DNA of 64,000 bases, taken from assembly GCA_009914755.4 (NCBI GenBank), contig CP068257.2:27424001-27488000 (forward strand), given 5' to 3'. Under the pieces are notes generated by a model that saw nothing but the letters and a program-made list of their open reading frames with translations, made no database searches and was not told the DNA's origin. Each line of letters starts with the position of its first letter. The stretch's first letter is position 1. A program made the position numbers and the translations under genes. This stretch comes from the human T2T-CHM13v2.0 reference genome, Homo sapiens. Shown here piece by piece: positions 59,587-64,000 of this stretch.

Positions 59587-60304
59587 GAAAGAAAATACTG
59601 CCACCATCAACAGGAAAATGTTTCCATAGCAGCAGCCTCTCATTTTGATGATTGCTGCAACTCCCCTTGTCTTTGGAGCTTTGTGTTTGAAATAAAGGTA
59701 TGCATTATTAAACAAAAAAAGCCTTATTCAAGATGAGCATGACCACAACCAGATTGGAGAGACATCTTTGTGACACTGTGCAGGAATGAAGTCATACCCC
59801 AAATCGACTGCACCCTTTGGGTAGCCTATGTTGTCACCCCACAACCAACTTCGAGTTAAGCCTCACTGCCTCTTTACATCTCCAGAATACAGAACTCCAG
59901 AAGCATTGCGGAATAATGTGGATTTTACTGATGTTTCATAGTGGTACGGGGAGGACGGTTTCATCACATGGCCCACAGGAAAGCTTAGATTGTTTTTTTG
60001 GACCTCTGTCTGTGACAATTAATGTTTTTCTTCTCTTCTCTCCCTGTCCCCTTTCTCCCCTCCCTTTTCCTCACACAGCTTTTAAAATCCCCTTTAGTAT
60101 CTGTAGCCACTCGGCTGCAGCCTGAAGAATATATGTTCCCCCACCTCCCACCAGCAAAACAACAGCCTGTGGTAAACTATGAGCACGCATGTTCTTCTTA
60201 CATGCCTTTTGGGGGCAAGGATGCCTCAATTCACTTGGCCATAGCTGTGAGTTTGGGATATTGATTCTTCACAAAAACAGATCTAAAGTTAAAAGGTTAA
60301 CTTG

Positions 60305-60938
<634 letters not shown>

Positions 60939-62250
60939 TCTTAACTTTTCTCCATGTGTCCCTGACTTTTATGGGTACCTTCCCTATTAGGCACTTGCAT
61001 CCCAGGTTCAATTTAGTTCCAGAAATATTTACTGAGGCCCTGCTAAGGGCAAGGCACTGATCATGTGTCTTTGGTTGAATTGGGGGTGACAGTGGGATGG
61101 TAAATGGAAGCAGCACAATGTGGTACTCAGTGCATTAGCAGGAGAATGAACAAAGGGTTTTGGGAGGACAGGGGTTGAAATGACTACACAGACAAGGTGA
61201 CAGGAGTGAGGGCCTTGATCTGTGAAGGCACAAAGTTGGCAATGAGGCCATAGTATCTGAAAACACTGAGAGAAGTTCGGTGTGACCCCACTGTAGGGAA
61301 GGTGGGAGCATGAGATGAGTATGGAGGAAAGGAGGACAAATTATGAAGGGCTTTGGATGCCAAACTAAAGACGTGATTCTTTAGGCAAGAGTGAGCCAAC
61401 AAATGGATCTTTAAACATTTTAATTTTTCTTTAAGTTTTGCATGCGCATATGTTAAGGAGTCAAATAGTTCTGCAAGATTTATTACAAAAAACCCAAGAG
61501 GGCTCAGCCCTCCTACTTCCCATATTCCCCATTCCAGAGGTAAACACTGTCTAGATGATGGTGCTGGTCTTTACTTCCCACTTTTATGAGATGTGTTTGC
61601 ATGACTATTTCTTGCTTTTACCAGTCTCGGCCATTATCTATTGGCTTCTCCCCATGGAGGATGAGGATTTGGCTCTCTCCCTGCATCCCCACACCATCCC
61701 ACACACAAATACCCTTTCTCTGCCACCTCCTTTCCACAGTGTAATTTTTGTTAGATCAACATTCAGTACTGACAATATTAGGCTCGTGTAAATGTATTCA
61801 CAGCTGAGGCAAATAGTCAACGATGGTTATTTTTACTTTACAGTAGAGTTTCAGCCCTGTCCCTGGAGGGCAGGCTAAATTTTTGTTTGTTTGTTTGCTT
61901 GCCTTTTTATTCCATGTACTCATCACTAATTCAACCCTAAAGGTCTTTGCCCTTCTGCCAATTGCCTAAATGTCTTTTCAATATGGCATCAATCAAGCAG
62001 TCTAACCATTTCCTATTCCTAATGGAGCCATTCTTGTGGCTTTCAGACCTGCTTCTGTGAGGTCTGGCACACAGGGTCACTCTGTGATTCCCTTTTATTG
62101 TCGTCCTGAAGGGCCATTTTACCCTGTGTGCTGTTGCGCCTTTGTGTTTCCTGTGTTCCAGGCTTTCTCTTTCCTGGTTTACACCAGCAGCTTTTTGAAA
62201 AACATGCACGGGATATAAGAATTTTGTTGAAGACCTTAATCCTAAAACTT

Positions 62251-62572
<322 letters not shown>

Positions 62573-62767
62573 TGATAGTTTGGTCAGATATGGAACTTTA
62601 GGTTGGAAATAATTTTTCCTTTAGAATATTGAACATTAGTTCCATTTCCTACTGGTTTCCAGCATTGTTACGGAGAAATATGAAAACACTTCTGGTTATT
62701 GATTGTTTTTATGAGATCTTATTTTTTTCCTCCTTGGAAGCTTGATCTTTTGTTTCCAGTTTGGGGA

Positions 62768-62870
62768 ATTTTCTTTTTTTTTTTTGAGACAGAGTCCTGC
62801 AATCTATTGGTATCTTTGTGTCTTTGTATATTTGTGTATTTGTATCTTTGTATATTTGTATCTTTGGCAC
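62768..62870. repeat. Tiny Alu 3' remnant (tttttttttttgagacagagtcctgcaatc), followed by a (TTTGTATC)-like imperfect tandem repeat
   Basis: tattggtatctttgtgtctttgtatatttgtgtatttgtatctttgtatatttgtatctttggc. Confidence 0.7.
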
Positions 62871-63239
62871 CAATGAAAAGGTATCTCCTACAAAGGCAAT
62901 TTGAGCCATATACCATAAACAGGATTTTGGTGTGTCAATGAAGAGATTTAATTTTGGCAAACAAATTAGCTCTTACACTTTATGAGTTCTGGAACTTTGG
63001 GCAAATCATTGAAACTTTGTAAGTCTCAGTTAGTTCCTCTATAAAGCAGGAATTTACAGTAGCTGTCTTAAAGGGGCGTTTTGTGCATTAAATTACATCA
63101 TGGGTGTGAAAAGGGCCTAGCTGAGTGTCTGGGACATAGTATTTGCCCCACATAATTCATTTCTCATCACCTTAAAACCAGAATATTTCATGGGATTTCG
63201 ACATATTCTACTCATGAAGGTATTAACATAGAATGTTTG

Positions 63240-63360
63240 AGTCTCTTTTCTTTCTTTCTTTTTCTTTCTTTCTTTCTGTTTCTTTCTTTCCTTTCTCTCC
63301 TTCTCTCTTTCTTTTCCTTCCTTCCTTCCTTCTTCCTTCCTTCCTTTTCTTTCATCAATT
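63240..63360. repeat. Pyrimidine-rich (TTTC/TTCC)n microsatellite (polypyrimidine tract)
   Basis: tcttttctttctttctttttctttctttctttctgtttctttctttcctttctctccttctctctttcttttccttccttccttccttcttccttccttcc. Confidence 0.9.
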
Positions 63361-63370
63361 TGAGGAATAG

Positions 63371-63657
63371 GCTGGGCATGGTGGCTCATGCCTATAATCC
63401 CAGCACTTTGGGAGGCCAAGGTGGGTGGATTGCTTTAGCCCAGGAGTTCGAGACCAGCCTGGGCAACATGGTGAAACCCCACTTCTACAAAAAATACAAA
63501 AATTAGCTAGGCATGGTGACATATACCTGTAGTTCCGGCTACTTGGGAGTCTGAGGTGGGAGCATCACTTGAGCCTCGGAGGTTGAGGCATCAGTGAGCT
63601 ATGATTGTGCCACTGTACTTCAGCCTGGGCAACAGAGTCAGACCCTGTATCAAAAAA

Positions 63658-63658
<1 letters not shown>
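63371..63658 (+). mobile_element. Alu (older, AluS/J-like) followed by a (TA)n microsatellite at 63660-63688
   Basis: ggctgggcatggtggctcatgcctataatcccagcactttgggaggccaaggtgggtggattgctttagcccaggagttcgagaccagcctgggcaacatggtgaaacccc...caaaaaaagatatatatatatatatatatatatatag. Confidence 0.9.
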
Positions 63659-63691
<33 letters not shown>

Positions 63692-64000
63692 TATATATGA
63701 GAAATAATGCCTTTCTTACCCAACTTCATTCATGAAACCGTATTGCAGGCTTCATCTGTTCAAGTACTCTACCCATTATCTACAGTGAAGGAAATGGCAC
63801 TCAAGTTTGGGCAATGACTGTCTTACCTGGGAATTCTGAGGGAAAAGGTCTTCCCTTCATGGGTTTGTAAAGCTGGTAGGACATAAACGTAGGCAGCTGG
63901 TGGCCAACTCATGGGAAAACTCCATCTGAAAATGAAGCTAAAATAAAGAAAGCTGACCATGAAGTGGAGTAAGTTAGTTCCCTAACGGTATCAGTTGTGC

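Noticed and set aside
63117-63506. ORFs rich in KERKE... and SFFLF...
   Set aside because: They are translations of the (TTTC/TTCC)n pyrimidine microsatellite and the adjacent Alu.

Overview
This window is human (primate) nuclear DNA, not a prokaryotic accessory region. The first ~13.1 kb carries almost the whole CCT8 gene (chaperonin containing TCP1, subunit theta; chr21q21.3) on the minus strand. I reconstructed 14 exons by translating the reverse strand. The window begins inside the penultimate coding exon, so the final exon is outside it. Exon lengths and intron phases add up exactly to the 548-aa protein, and the start codon is at 13028-13030. Exon 1 lies in a CpG island (~12.5-13.6 kb) that looks like a TATA-less, CCAAT/GC-box promoter and may be bidirectional. 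The remaining ~51 kb, upstream of CCT8, is AT-rich and repeat-dense non-coding sequence with no convincing protein-coding exon. It contains a ~1.45 kb LTR12/ERV9-type solo LTR at ~15.8-17.3 kb with its characteristic CCAAT-bearing ~40-bp tandem enhancer repeats and a GC-rich promoter-like core. It also contains several MaLR-type LTRs (THE1/MST/MLT1-like), MIR fragments, about 40 Alu elements (many young, with intact target-site duplications and long poly-A tails), and several microsatellites, including a ~225-bp GGAA/AGGGA purine tract. I see no evidence of a novel biological system. CRISPR, tRNA, rRNA and operon categories do not apply to this locus. All ORFs outside CCT8 in the six-frame track fall within Alu, LTR or low-complexity sequence. 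The observations most worth a second look are a GC-AG intron in CCT8, the LTR12 element ~2.8 kb upstream of the CCT8 start as a candidate alternative or divergent promoter, inverted Alu pairs flanking CCT8 exon 7, and an Alu carrying an internal ~60-bp tandem duplication. Coordinates for repeats are approximate (about ±10 bp). Family assignments are from memory of consensus sequences.
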